Below are positions 39,366 through 52,958 of a DNA stretch of 64,000 nt, piece by piece. The DNA lies in the NCBI RefSeq assembly GCF_001194135.2, contig NC_068993.1, positions 32,952,453 to 33,016,452 of the forward strand, given 5' to 3'. The notes beneath the pieces are model-generated. The model was not told the origin of the DNA. It saw only the letters and a program-made list of their open reading frames with translations, and made no database searches. The stretch's first letter is position 1; every line of letters starts with the position of its first letter. The translations under genes were made by a program, and so were the position numbers. The DNA is from Octopus bimaculoides (lineage: Eukaryota).

Positions 39366-40129
39366 GTAGGTACTCCTCTTTTTATCTTGCAATTAATGTT
39401 TTCCTCCTCCTCTCTCTCTCTCTCTCTCCATTGTTACAGGTGAAAAAGAATCAGTTATCATCTGTTTATTGTGGTTTAAACCTGTTTTAATTTTAAGTGA
39501 GGTATGAATGAAAGAAACTTTTCAGAAAGAACCAAAACAAAAAAAACTGAAGATTTAGGATTATTTACCCTCTTACCATTTGTTTCAGTTAATTGTGAAA
39601 ACTGTGAAGAATTTAGCAAAATAACTTTGTCATTATTATGCTGGTGTTAAATAAACATGAAACTTTGATGAAAGCTTTTAATTTGGATCACTTTAAAACA
39701 AGAAGCTTATATGATAGAACCAGAGGTGGTTTCTGGTGGGTTTGATGATATTAGAAGAGGTTAACTTCAAGTCAGGTTAGCTTGCTTGCTTCTATATAAT
39801 TGTTTCTTAGTGCCCCATCTAAGACACATTTTTAAAGGAAAAAAAAAACGGAAATAAATCACTCCAGGTCCTATATGTGGAGTTGAACCTATATAACATG
39901 CTTTAACCCTTTAGCATTCAGATTTCTTTGTCAAATGTAAGGCTTATTTATTCACATTGTTTTGAATTATGCATATATCGTCAAATTTAGTAATACATAG
40001 TAAACCTGTGGGGAAGGATATTCTAATCATGCTCATTCCATCTTTTTATTTTCCACACAGTCTCTCTCTGATAACATTATTTGATGTTTTAATTTTATTT
40101 TTAAGATGAGCCAAGTGAAATTGTAGTCA

Positions 40130-40342
40130 TGGCCGTTGCCAGTGTCATGTAAATGGCACCTGTGTCAGTGGCATGTAAAGAGCACTCATTACACTCTGAG
40201 TGGTTAGCGTTAGGAAGGACATCTGGCCATAGAAACCATGCTAAAATAGATTCGAACCTGGCGCAACCCTATGGCTTACCAGTTCCAGTCAAACCATCTA
40301 ACCCATGCCAGCATGGAAAGTGAACGTTAAATGATGATGATG
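40130..40342 (+). mobile_element. Family B fragment
   Basis: gtggttagcgttaggaaggacatc...aacccatgccagcatggaaagtgaacgttaaatgatgatgatg. Confidence 0.75.
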
Positions 40343-42084
40343 TAGGGTATTATTTGATGAAAATTTAGTTGCTATTTTTAGCTGGTCAAGCAATAGTATA
40401 AAAGCTCTTTTTTGGTGGTAGAAGCTGATTTTTTGATTTTCCCCAAATGTTCTAACACAATCTCTTCTACTTGTCCTTTCAATGGTTGTGTGAGTAGACT
40501 GTTGAGCTTAGCTGTTCCTACATTGACAGTTCAAATCCTTTGTATTCAGTTTGTAATGTTTATGGGTAAGACACTTTAGTCTGCATCGTTTTAGTGCATG
40601 TAGCTTATTGGGCAATAACTGTCAGATTTAGGAAAGGATCAATAGAATTTGGTCATCCATTGATTTTTAGACCACTGATTATGAAAAGTCAAGAAACTGA
40701 CTTGGTTACTTTTATTAAGAGAAGCAAAATATCTTCAACCAGGAATTGAAATTATATCTTAAACTTGGGTAAGCGGAAAAACAACAGTAATAATAATATA
40801 ATTAATATAAAAAGTTTATAAAGGACTGTTAAGAATTTGCAACTGAAGTGAATATTGATGTCTTATATTGATTCCACAAGTTTGTAGAGATGGAGTTGGG
40901 GTGGAGAAATTTAGTCTTTAATTTTGACTGGAGCTATTAAAAGGAAGCCAACTCAAAGTAATTTGAACTCAGAATGTTTGTTTGTTGTGGTAAGTGCGTC
41001 AGTCCACCCTTGACCCTCTCTCTTGTCAATCCACTCTCTTCAGCCACTGTAATATTAGTAACAACAGACAATATTATGTTACACCCTTACACAACCAACA
41101 ATAATAGTTGTTGTAAGTGCAAGTTTTCCACGTATATATACCAGCTATTGCCATGCAGATCTTACAATTTTCAAATTGTTATATTGATAATGTTAGCTGT
41201 TGATGCCATAGTAGGAAAGTCTCAATAAGCTTGTAATTCTTTGTCCTAATTTCATTTCCTGGTTGGAGCTATTTCTGTTTTGAAGTGATGTGTGTTTCGA
41301 AATTGTAGGTGTTGTCTGTTGTTGTCACTTCCTTGTCAATAAATTGTCTAGTAGGTCTGAGATTCCAAAGACAAGCAGAATGAAAATTCCTCAGTTTGAA
41401 AAACAGGTAAGGATTAGTGGCAGGAAGGGCATCTGGCTGTAGTGTAAGAATTCCTTAATAATGTATGTGTGTGTGTGTATACATATATAACCTGTGCTAG
41501 CATGGGAACATGGATGTAAAACAAACAAGGTGAACAGATATACATGAGCATAAGCATGTCTGAATGGCTAAGTAGTTTTCTTTGCAACTATGAGGTCCCA
41601 GGTTTGATCCCACTTCAGGTTATTTGAACCAAGTGTATTTTCCATAGCATGGAATTGTGAATCTAAGTTGGCAGAGGCTGTATTGAAGCCTGCCAGAAGG
41701 ATTGTATTTTGGAATTTAAAGGTCCAGCCTTGTCACATGTATTACACTGATTTTGCTTCAGAGTTACATTAAGGCTAAATTTTGTCAGTCGCTTCACACA
41801 CACATCTGTAGGTTGTCTAATTGTTCAAACGTCAAACTGTCATGAGTCACCACCACCACCACCATGATCGTTTTAATGACCACTTTTCCACCCTCAGATG
41901 GATCAGATGGAATTTGTTGAAATGGATTACCTGTGGCTGGATGCCCTTTCTGTTGCTAACTCTCATTTGTTTCCAAGAGTAATATTTCCCCATGACCAGA
42001 CATGTTATCATAGAATATTGGAAATAGACACTTTACATGACAGTGACATTTCTTTACAGCCATCATGCAATATTAAGGCATTGA

Positions 42085-42265
42085 AATAGTAACACAGACA
42101 CACAGGCTTCTTTCAATTTCTGTCTATCAAATCCACTCACAATGCTGTGATCAACCTGGAGCTATAGAAAACACTTGTCCAAGGTAGCATACAGTGAGAT
42201 TGAACCCCAAATTATATGATTGGGAAGTAAACTTCTTACCACACAACCAAACTTGTGCCCTTGTG
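42085..42265 (-). mobile_element. Decayed SINE, family A
   Basis: ggcttctttcaatttctgtctatcaaatccactcacaa is the reverse complement of the family A core. Confidence 0.7.
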
Positions 42266-42349
42266 TGTATATATAAATGACATGTGATTAGCAAGTAAAT
42301 ACATGATGTGAGAATGAGAGGACTCTTTAGTTTTATGGTGGATATGTGG

Positions 42350-42665
42350 AAGCACATGGCTTAGTGGTTAGAGCATTCAGCTTACGATGGTAAGGTCATG
42401 AGTTCAATTCCCAGTGACGCATTGTGTCCTTAAGCAAGACACTTTATTTCATGCTGCTCCAGTTCACTCAGCTGGCAAACATGAGTAGTACTTGTATTTC
42501 AAAGGGTTGGCCGTGTCACACTTTGTGTCATGCTGAATCTCCCTGAGAACTACGTTAAGGGTACATGTCTGTGGAGTGTTCAGCCACTTGCATGTTAATT
42601 TCACGAGCAAGCTGTTCTGTTGATCGTATCAGCTGGGACCATTGTCATCATAACCGACGGCATGC
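42350..42665 (+). mobile_element. tRNA-derived SINE, family D
   Basis: A box tggcttagtggttagag and B box gagttcaattcc, followed by gtgtccttaagcaagacacttt. Confidence 0.75.
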
Positions 42666-42854
42666 TCCTTATTGTGGATATAATCTCCTCTTCTGTTATA
42701 GTGCCACAATAAAATGTACCTGACATGGTGTGTAAGATGGTTGGTGTTAATACTTCTCGCTGTACAAAGCATGCTAAACAATAGTATGTATGGAACATAA
42801 GTTACAAAGTGAATATAACCTGCAATAAAGATTTTATCCCTGGTTTTCAATATG

Positions 42855-42887
<33 letters not shown>

Positions 42888-45800
42888 ATACACACACACA
42901 CATCCATGTGTACATATATACAGGCTTTGTTCATGCTGGGGTACTTATTTTGAATGCCATGCTTCTGAATAGTTAAAATAATACTTAATAGGAAATAGAT
43001 AGCAATAGTGTATCTGAGTGCCACTCCTTAAATATACATTTGGTCCGTCAGTAAGTCTGTTATACACATTACAGGCAAAATATAAGCTGTTTAAACATTT
43101 TCTTTGTTTTACAGTGTAACTTTTGTTATCTATATTCCATCCCTGTTTGCTTTCCTATAGATATTGCTTTATTAAACCTACCTCTTAAAATATTGCTCTT
43201 CTCCATATTGACAAATAGTTGTAACCAAATATTATTCCAAATAAACAGGAATCTAAATTCTCTTACATTTCTCATTTGATTTTGTTGTCTCTCACACACT
43301 CTCCATTTTTCTTTAACTCAGGATTTAACTGTATTTTTAAAAAGTCTTGAATAAAATTATTAGAGCATTGTCTTATGCAACTGATTCTTTAGTAATAATA
43401 AAATGTTAACCAATCCAGAAAGTTTAAAATCATGTTTTGTAATTCAAGGATTCCGTTAGAGCAATGTTCATTCTTCTCCAGATTACTTCTCTCCGGCTAG
43501 ACTCAAAAATATGTGATGGGTAACAGCTAAATGAAAAATCTGTTAAGAATGCAGCGCCTAAGGAATTTAGCACCACTCTTTACCATTCCATATCAAATGC
43601 ACTATGATTCTTAATGTATGGAATTTACTATTAAAGATGTTTTATTTACACATTAATTCTGAATAGGAAAATAGGAAAGTGATTGATTATTTCTCTTTGT
43701 TTCATTTTGCATGTCACTTGATAAGCAGTATTGTAGGGGATATTTAGCACTCCTCTTTGGGATCACTTTCCTATGAAAGAATGGTGATGAGAAAGTGCTG
43801 ATTTGAGATATTGTCCACCACAAATGATTGTTTAATATTGTTATTGTACTGAATTTAGATTGTAGTTGAGTGGGGTCAGTGTTTGTTGCTTTCATTTGCT
43901 GTACTTGACCACTGGTACTCAGCTCTTTCATTGCACATTTCAAAATAACATGTCAAATATACCAGGTAGGTGATCCTTTAGTCTAGTCTTAAAAAGTTGA
44001 GCTACCACATTGACCAGTGTTTGTGTGGAACACTCTGTGAAATGTGTACATATTTTGATGGTATTGTAACTGAGACTAAATAATGGAATTGATGCAGTTT
44101 CAATGTAATTGGGTGAAACTATTTCATAAGAACCAACATGCTATTTGAGTGTTATTACTATATTAGGGAAACAATGCAAAAGTGAACAGTTTAAGTGGCC
44201 AAAATAACTAACAAGGTGCAGTTATTAAGATTAAGTTTTATTTTGAAAGAGTTGACCCAGGTAAGGTTTTTAACTTTCTTTGTGAATACCATTTATAAGT
44301 TAGCAATTTTCTTCATTTTTTTTCTAAAATTACTAAGCTTCAGTATATAATACTATTACATAAATATGTAAGAAGACTATGTTGATGTATTTCTGGTACT
44401 TACTGAGGTGTAATTCCAAAATATTTGTTTAAAGAGTGACTTCATGCTGGAAGTTTGTGAGGTTTTAAAGGAGGATAACATGAAGTTGTTGATGTTTTAT
44501 TTCTCCACAAAAGCATTAACTATTTAAAAGAAGTGCAACTGGTTCGGCAAGAATATAGCAATGCACACTGTCTAATTGTCCCAAGATGAAATCTACATGG
44601 CACCAATTTGTCTTTCTGGTGTTGAATAAAATAGTCAATAAAATTCACTAAATAATGCCATCTCATTTCCATTCAGCTTGGAAATTTGTTGCTATTTCTT
44701 TGGAAAATATTCCTGTTCCCAGATTATTTTTAATCTATGAGCATCACAACCAACTCTTTTTCTCTCTCCCTTAAAACCTTTAGGATATTTATCACTGAAA
44801 GAATCTACCATTTCCCATTATCAATAAGTACCAATAATATACTCAGTTGGTCACTCACCTCCATCTTTCTCTTACAAATTGGTAAACCTAAGTTAATGTG
44901 ATAAATTGCTGTTATGTCCATCAATCTGTTTTCAAGTCTCACCCAGGTCAACTTCTATCTTATCTATTCACATCTTTAAAATACTTAACTGTTAAATACT
45001 GTAGTTGATTTAATTAACTACATATAGCCTCCCACAAAATGTTTGACTTTGTACCTGTGTTAGAAACCATTGTTGTTGTTATTGCAGGTGCTGTGATATA
45101 ATAAAGTTATGTTAAGTCATATCTTCTAGCTGGTTTCAGTTCACATCACATCTTCTACCACCTGTCTTTTCAAAAAAGCATATTTCCTTTCTCTTGTGAA
45201 TAAATATAATTTTGTACATAAGAAGGAGATCCTTATTTGAGGCCTGGAATTATCTCTGAAAGAGGCAGAAAGAGGCCAAGTTGAATCTAATGTGATTGAA
45301 ACATGAAATACAGTGTGTCCTACCATTACAATTTGAAAAATTCAGTAAAAATTGAAAACTAAGGCCAACTCAGCTGAGTATATTGGAAAAGAGGCAAAAT
45401 TTTATTAGAAACATCAGAACACTTCTATGTGGGCTCTATTGGTTGCATGCAAGTTGATTGATGGATGTCAATTTCACTAGATACAATAAATTGTGGAAGT
45501 TGTAAAAATAATTTATGAACCTACTGTAATATATAGCCTAAGTCATCATTGGACTTGATACTGACAATAGCATCATCTGGTAGGGTGGTGGACTTAATGC
45601 ATTGAGTATTTGGTCTCATTTTGATGGGTCAGCTTTGCCTTTTATTGTTCTGGGGTCAATAACTACTGGTTAAAGTTGAACAACAGAAATGATACAATAT
45701 TAGACTAAATTACTTTGCTCAATATACTTCTCAGTTTAGTTCAATAAAATACCTGTAATGTATTACTGCACCTTTCCCTGTAACTCTGTCAGAAATCTCT

Positions 45801-45939
45801 ATTTTTATGATTCATTCTAAAATTTATGATCTGTCTTATATATTCAGCACTCTTCTCTTTCACATGATGTCATTTGTGTTTCAATTTATAATTTGTCTTT
45901 TTCATTCAAACCTAAATTAGTCAGTAACATTATTATTAT

Positions 45940-46145
45940 TAAGGCAGTGAGCTAGCAGAATTGTTAGTGCATTGGATAAAATGCTTAGTGGCATTCCTTC
46001 TGGCTCTACATTCTATGTTCATATTTCACAGAGATTGACTTTGCCTCTCATCCTTTTGGTGGTTGGTAAAAGTACTTGGGGCAATGTAATTGACTAACTC
46101 CCTCCCATAAAACTGCTGGCCTTGTCCAAAATTTAAAACCATTAT
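45940..46145 (+). mobile_element. tRNA-derived SINE, family C, flanked by (ATT)n
   Basis: Related copies at about 53440, 53800, 54295 and 57120. Confidence 0.7.
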
Positions 46146-48729
46146 TATTATTATTATATTATTTTATGTTAGTAGTATTATTGTCATGGCACAACTATTA
46201 ATTCTCAGCAAGTTTGCTAAATTGGTTTGACTACCACTTTAAGCACTTTTTGTTTCACTTAGCTCACTGATGCTGTTGAGAAAAATCATGAACATGACCC
46301 TTGTATACCTCTCCTGTTGTCTCACTGCTAAAGGAAGATCTTGGTCATCTTGAAATATTATGTAACAAGGAAAAAAGTCTCAATTTTGTTTTCTTTATAG
46401 AAATATCATTTCTCTATGAAATTGATACTTAATCAACAAAATAGAATTTTTATTTCTCTTTATTGATATGCTAAAGAGAATGACTAAAATTCTGTTATTA
46501 TGAACAGAGATGCCACTTATCTGTAGAGTTATGTAGAATATTCATGCAAAAAAATACAAAAATTAGATTTCTTGTAGTTTCCCCATCTTTAGGTTAAAAT
46601 TATTTCTTTTCAGCACTAAATATATTTGTCTTTCTTTTATAAACACACACATTTCTGTACATATGTATATGCACGTGTGTGTGTGTGTGTATGTATATAT
46701 ATGTATATATTATATATATGCATATATAAAATGTGTATACAAATATGTTTAAATTGTGTGTAGCTAGTGATGCAGTAGAAAGCTATTTCTTTGGTTGTTT
46801 GTTTTAGGCCATTAGTATTGTTGATAAAATATCTTCATAAATCTCTCTGCCTGTCTCATCTTTGTTGCAATTATTTGGCACAAAGATATGGACCCCCTGA
46901 ATTGATCAGATTTTCTTAGCGCTATATTTATCATCCCCACAGCACGCATCAAGGCTCGCAAAGGGCAATCGAAAGACATGTCAACAACGAACCCTATCAC
47001 CCACATCTACCAAGGTCAGCTACATGGGGGTGAGCATTCCAAATTTTTGAATTATTTCATTGAAAAAGCTGCCTTCCGTCACTCACGGATTGTTCTCATA
47101 TCTCCTGTTGTTTATTTGTTTAAGCCGCATAACAGTTTAAAAGAAATTTGTCTTATATATATTTATCTGCTTAATTTACTTTTTGTATCTCTAAAAATAA
47201 AAATCTTTTGGTTTTGTAAACTCTGTTTCCAAAATTATTACTACTATATTTAATTGAGATGGTAGTGTTCGATTGTGTCTTGTGTTTCTATGTTCAATTC
47301 ATGACAGTATTGAATTCTCTGCCACCCCTACTACAGCGTTAAGTAAATTCCAGTAAGATATATTCTAACATTGATTAGCCTCTACTTTATGAAAACTACA
47401 TTGTGTGCCTTGATAAAAGGAATGATTAGCATGAAGATCTAATCAACTTTTGATAATTTTATTTTAATGTCAGGTAATAATGTGACAAATGAATTGTGTT
47501 AGTTTTTATATGTTGATGAGGTACAGCTTCTCAGCCTAACTCCATTGACAGCTTTCATTGTTTTCCTGATTTACAAAATGAAGAGAGGGGCTTCAGTAAG
47601 GTTGCTGTGGTATTTTATTTGATTGGAAATTTTTATTATTGTTAGTATTTATGTAAAAAAAATAAGAGAATCAGTGTAGTTGTCCAAAATATGTTTAGCT
47701 TTCTAGAAATAATTTTCAAGATTTTCAATTAGAAATAGAAATACTAACAATTTGGGTAAAAAAAACAAATCCTGTAATAATAATTTGACCAGGAACTTTA
47801 GTAATTTCTATTAAAATCAGACAGAATTGTTGTTTCTGAAGCAATACTTTGGAATTAATTTTCTTTTTAATAATTTTATATAAAATTGGGTCAGCACAGT
47901 TATTTTAAGGTTGTTAGTTAACATGTGGCATCTCTGAAAAAATTCGTTGATACAGAATTTTGTCCTTCAATTATCTCTTATTCTTTGTCTTTTCCTTTTG
48001 TTAAAAAAAAATATTGATATTGTTCCAGTTGTATTTTTGTGTGTATAGACTGTTTCCTACTTCAAAGATTTATCTTTTCCTTAAAACCAACTGAAATAAA
48101 GATCTTGATAGAAGAAGATATTTGGTTGATCAAAGTCATTTTTGCAACACCTCAGTTTTAGTCATGCATTCTCAATAGTAAGTGTTTGGCAAGCTGAGAC
48201 CATTACTTCATAGTTTTGATTCTGTTTCACTTCACATTCTTAATAATTTTGTAAATTCAGATATTACTGTCAGAATCCTATTTTGCATGCTTTTTAAATG
48301 TTCAACATTGTATCATTTGAAAGAAACAGAATGGAACTATTGAAGCATTAATTTTTTAATCCAACTAGTGTATATTTTAACAAGTTATGTCTATTTTTCC
48401 CCCGAAGAGACATATCTGCACCATCGGATGCTCCTGAACCAGTTAAGTGTCTCACCTGTGAGGGATTGATGCTAGATGTGTTGAAACAATTGTAGTGATT
48501 AATAGAAATTCTCGTATTTTCCATCTTCTGTCTTTCATTTACCATATATTTATTTAGTCAAGAGGGAATGCAGTGTCTATAATCCTTAACAGGGCCTCTG
48601 AGAACTGTGAGAGGGAAGAGGACATAAGGTACCCACAACAAAATGGTTTCTGCTAAAAACACTCAGAGCCATGTGGTGGTATTAAACCAGGCAAAAGGTT
48701 TAATTTACCACCCTTAGTGATTCACTCTT

Positions 48730-48890
48730 CTACACTCTCGGAGTGGTTGGCATTAGGAAGGGCATCCAGCTGTAGAAACTCTGCCAAATCAGATTGGAGC
48801 CTGGTGTAGCCATCTGGTTCACCAGTCCTCAGTCAAATCGTCCAACCCATGCTAGTATGGAAAGTGGATGTTAAACGATGATGATGATGA
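48730..48890 (+). mobile_element. Family B tail fragment
   Basis: ctacactctcggagtggttggcattaggaagggcatccagctg...ttaaacgatgatgatgatga. Confidence 0.85.
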
Positions 48891-49028
48891 TTTGCTGATG
48901 AGGTCTCATAAGACCAAAATGTGTTAAGAGTTGTTTTCCATATATGTTCAGATAATTTGTATCATTTAATCAGTGACTTACGTCGTACTTTCTTCAACGT
49001 ATAAATGTGAAATTTTTCTGTTTTTCAG

Positions 49029-49157
49029 TATATGAAGAAGTTGCAAATACAAGAGCGTGTTGTAGATGAAGTGAAATTGGCCATAAAGCCTTTTTATAGT
49101 GGCAAAAAAATAGACAAAAACGAATATAAAGAAATTCTACGGAAAGCTGTTCCGAAA
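49029..49157 (+). CDS. PHRF1: Coding exon 12: SRI-like domain core ([23 protein letters not shown]...[12 protein letters not shown])
   Basis: tttttcAG acceptor; AAA|GTAAGT donor; 43 codons; matches the SCAF11/PHRF1 C-terminal Pol II CTD-binding motif. Confidence 0.95.
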
Positions 49158-49429
49158 GTAAGTCACTTTTTAAAAAAAATTTTATCAAATTTTTAAAAGA
49201 CTAATTAACACCAGTGAGTTAATCTTTTCTGAACTATAGTTATTAGGTAATGCACATAAAAAACATAAGGAATTTTGTTTTTGATATTGCCTCAGGAAGA
49301 GGAGCAATACTCAACTATTCCAACCTGTCTTGTACTGGTGAGGGATCAATATATTAATAATAATAATCTTATTGTATACAATGCTCAGGTGCTTTACAAC
49401 TCATCAGAAGAGGGTAAAAGAGTGGCAGA

Positions 49430-49590
49430 AAGGTGTAGCTATGTGGTTAAGAAATTTACTTCCTAACCACAAGGTTTCGGGTTCAATTCCACAGCATGGC
49501 ACTTTGGGCAAGGGTCTTCTATTACAGCTCTGAGCTGACAAAACCCTTGTGAGTCAGTTTGAAAGATGGAAACTGAAAGAAGCCTATTGT
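49430..49590 (+). mobile_element. Decayed SINE, family A
   Basis: tRNA-like head (ggttcaattcc) plus gatggaaactgaaagaagcc core. Confidence 0.7.
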
Positions 49591-50164
49591 TTGTGTGTGC
49601 ACATTATGTGATAATTGTAGAATGAATGTCACTGTCATACAATCAGTGTCCTTCATTTCCAGTATTCTGCAAAATCATGTCTCACCATGAGGAATATTAC
49701 CTTGCTTGGAAACAAGGTGAGGCTTGGTGACTGGAATGGCATCAAGTTGTAGAAAATCTGTCTCAAACTCATTTTGACCCATGCAATCACAGAAAAGCAG
49801 ATGTTACGTGATGATGAAGCCAAGTAAAGAATGACAACAGTGAAAGTAAAAAGTGCCTGCACAGTAGACAGTTACAATTAGTTTTAAGCTTGTGTCAGAA
49901 AGTATGGGCACAGAGGGAATTCCAGATGGTTTTTGTTCTTGAAAAGAATTGGAGAATATATTTGTAGGCGTAGTGTTGCTTGCATGTCAGACGGAATTTC
50001 TTGAGGCAGATTTTCTATGGTCAAATACTCTTTCTGACAACACCGACCTATTTCCATGGCCTGACTTGTTTTCTACAGAAGATTGTAAATGAACACTTAT
50101 ATGACATTAATGTTAATTTTTTAACCATCAAATGATGTTGAGACAAAAGCACACACAAACATAA

Positions 50165-50305
50165 ACTCATACAGTGGGCTTCTTTCAGTTTCTGTCTTCC
50201 AAATCCACTCATAAGGCTTTGGTTGGCCTAGAGCTATAATAGAAGGCTGGGACGGAACCTTAGACCACATGGTTGTGAAACAAGCTTCTTAACTACATAG
50301 CCAAA
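50165..50305 (-). mobile_element. Decayed SINE, family A
   Basis: gggcttctttcagtttctgtcttccaaatccactcataaggctttgg. Confidence 0.7.
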
Positions 50306-51404
50306 CATTGGAACACAATGCAGTCTTTCAACCTATTGGATGCTGTCAAACTCATGCTAGAAGTTTAAAAAACTGTATATGGTGTTGAGATATGTGTTTG
50401 GTACAACTGATAAACATTTGTAGCTTAATGTAGGAGAAGATGGACACTTTGTGTGGTGAAATGATTAAAACATTCGTCTCTTAAGGAATAAGTGTATGGA
50501 ACTATAACATTGTAATGTCTTAATGTTGAATTCTTGTTCACAAAGCTGTAGCAGTAAAAAAAAAAATCTGAATTATTAATTTATATGTGTGTGAATGAAT
50601 CACAGGGTACAAGAAAATTTAGTAGTGAACTGCAGCAATGGTAAATGTATGGAATGTGCACATATAAAAGACAGAAGAAACAAAATATTTGTCTTCATCG
50701 GCTGTCTTACATTGCATTGAGATAGTAATACTTAGTGGCAATAACAAGCATTGGATTGTGCTTGTAGTGTGGTGACAAGATAAAAAAAATATTGATTCTT
50801 GGTGATTGGGACAAGTAAAAGCAAGGACAGAGAAAGGAACATCTAGGACAAGGGTTCTCAGCACCTCTGAGCAAAGATAATTTTAGAGCTCCACTGTAAT
50901 TAACTGCCATGGTAAGCAAGGAACAAAAAATGTCTGCTTAGGATGGAATTAAATAAAGCATTAGTCTTTTTTCATAAAATAAAATGAGACTAAACAACAG
51001 GATAGAACAGTGAAACATGAACTGGAAAGAAAATAAAGTCAGTGTGAGAAGATGGTGGGAGGATGTCTTTATACTATGTACCCTTTCATTCATAGAAATA
51101 ATGGAGAGTAAAAGGGTAGATGTGGTTGGAATTGAATGGGAAAAGAGAGAAAAGATGAGAAAAGGAGTGGAAGATAGTTGTAGCATTTAGAATAAACAAA
51201 ACACGTGCAAAAAACTTAGGTTGTGCATTAGTAATCATAGATGTGACAGATGTGCAGGTGTGTTCAGGTGGAACTGTTAGAGAATGAGGAATCAGTACAT
51301 GAAGAGTTTATTCAATAGAGAAGGCCAAGGAAGACTTTTTATTGCTTTAATTTGAAGTAGCAACAGTGATCTGTCAGCTCTTATTTAGATATATGACACA
51401 CACA

Positions 51405-51560
51405 CGCATGGCTGTGTATCAAGTTTGCTTCCCAACCATGTGGATTTGGATTCAGATCTATTGCATAACATCTTGGGTGAATGTCTTTTATTGTCATCCC
51501 AGGTTGACCAAAGCCTTGTTAGTGGATTTGGCTGACAGAAACTGAAAGAAGCCCATCATA
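51405..51560 (+). mobile_element. Decayed SINE, family A
   Basis: gttgaccaaagccttgttagtggatttggctgacagaaactgaaagaagccc. Confidence 0.7.
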
Positions 51561-51587
51561 TTCATCATGAGTGTGTGTATGTGTACA

Positions 51588-51693
<106 letters not shown>

Positions 51694-52244
51694 TAATCGG
51701 ACAAAGTGTCATTACCCAGCCAGAGGAGATGTCTTCCTGCTGGCTAAAAACAACAGTAACATCATCTTCTACGGGACTGCCACATTTAGTTGGCAAATAT
51801 ATTTTACGATTCTGTTACTGTTTGCCTCTCACTCAGAGATTTAATATAGCTTATTTCTCCTTTTTTGTGATCAGCAATAGTTTGTTGCTTTTAAAAAGCA
51901 TATAGTATTTTGTGAGTGGAGTGAATTTTCATCACTAGCTGGTGATTATCACACACTAAATATGGGTAACTACTCAGAAACCTAGGTCTATGTGTATCAC
52001 ATAAGGCTAGAGATGGGATCGCTGACCTCCCCTCACAAATACTAATTGGACACAGTGTGTCGTTAGCCAAATGGAGGAGATGTCTTCCTGGGGCTAAAAA
52101 TAACAATAATAACATCATCCTCTATGGGACTGCCATATTTAGTTGGGAAATATATCTTATGATTCTGTACTGTTACTGTTTACCTCTCGCTCAGAGATTT
52201 AATATAGCTCTCTCTATATATATATACACACACACGCACACACA

Positions 52245-52430
52245 CCCATCATCAACATTGTTTAATACCATGTTCTCCATGCTGCCATGGGCTGGTTGGT
52301 TTGACAGGAGTGTGTTGAGCTCCAATGTCCACTTTGGCATGGTTTCCATGGCCTTGATGCCCTTCCTAACATTAACCACTTTACAGAATGTACTGGGTGC
52401 TTTTTGCTTGGCACCAGCACTAGCGAGGTC
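52245..52430 (-). mobile_element. Decayed family B tail
   Basis: Reverse complement contains aaaaagcacccagtacattct...ttaggaagggcatc. Confidence 0.65.
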
Positions 52431-52799
52431 ATCAAGTAACTCACAAGACAAGCCTCCTCAACTGAGTAAAATGTTTTAAGGAAGGTGGCTTTACACATGC
52501 ATGTATGTATATGTACATATACACACACACACATACTCACACACAACACATGTCTGTACATATGTATGTGTTTGTCTCTGTCTTGACATTGCATGATAAC
52601 TGTAAAGTGTCACCATCACAGAAGCAGTATCATTTGCTTCCAGTCTTCTGTGAAAACCTTGCTTGGAAACAGGTGAGAGTGGGCAACAAAAATAGAATCT
52701 GAGCATAGAAAATTTATTTCAATGAATTCTATCTGATCCATGATGGTATATATAATGAATACACACACATGTAATGCATTAACTATTTTTGTATTTCAG

Positions 52800-52958
52800 A
52801 TCTGCCATAGCAAGAGTGGAAACATCAACCCGGCCAAAATCAAAGCTTTAATTGAGGCATATGTGGACAAACTGTGTAAAACGCGCCGGTGTTTGGAACG
52901 CAGAAAGAAAAGCAGTGTCAAAGCTAATGGTGAACGGGTAAAGAAACCTTCAAGATAA
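52800..52958 (+). CDS. PHRF1: Last coding exon (ICHSKSGNINPAKIKALIEAYVDK...stop)
   Basis: tatttcAG acceptor; CHSKSG.INP.KI..L...YV motif; TAA at 52956-52958. Confidence 0.95.
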   Translation: MCHSKSGNINPAKIKALIEAYVDKLCKTRRCLERRKKSSVKANGERVKKPSR

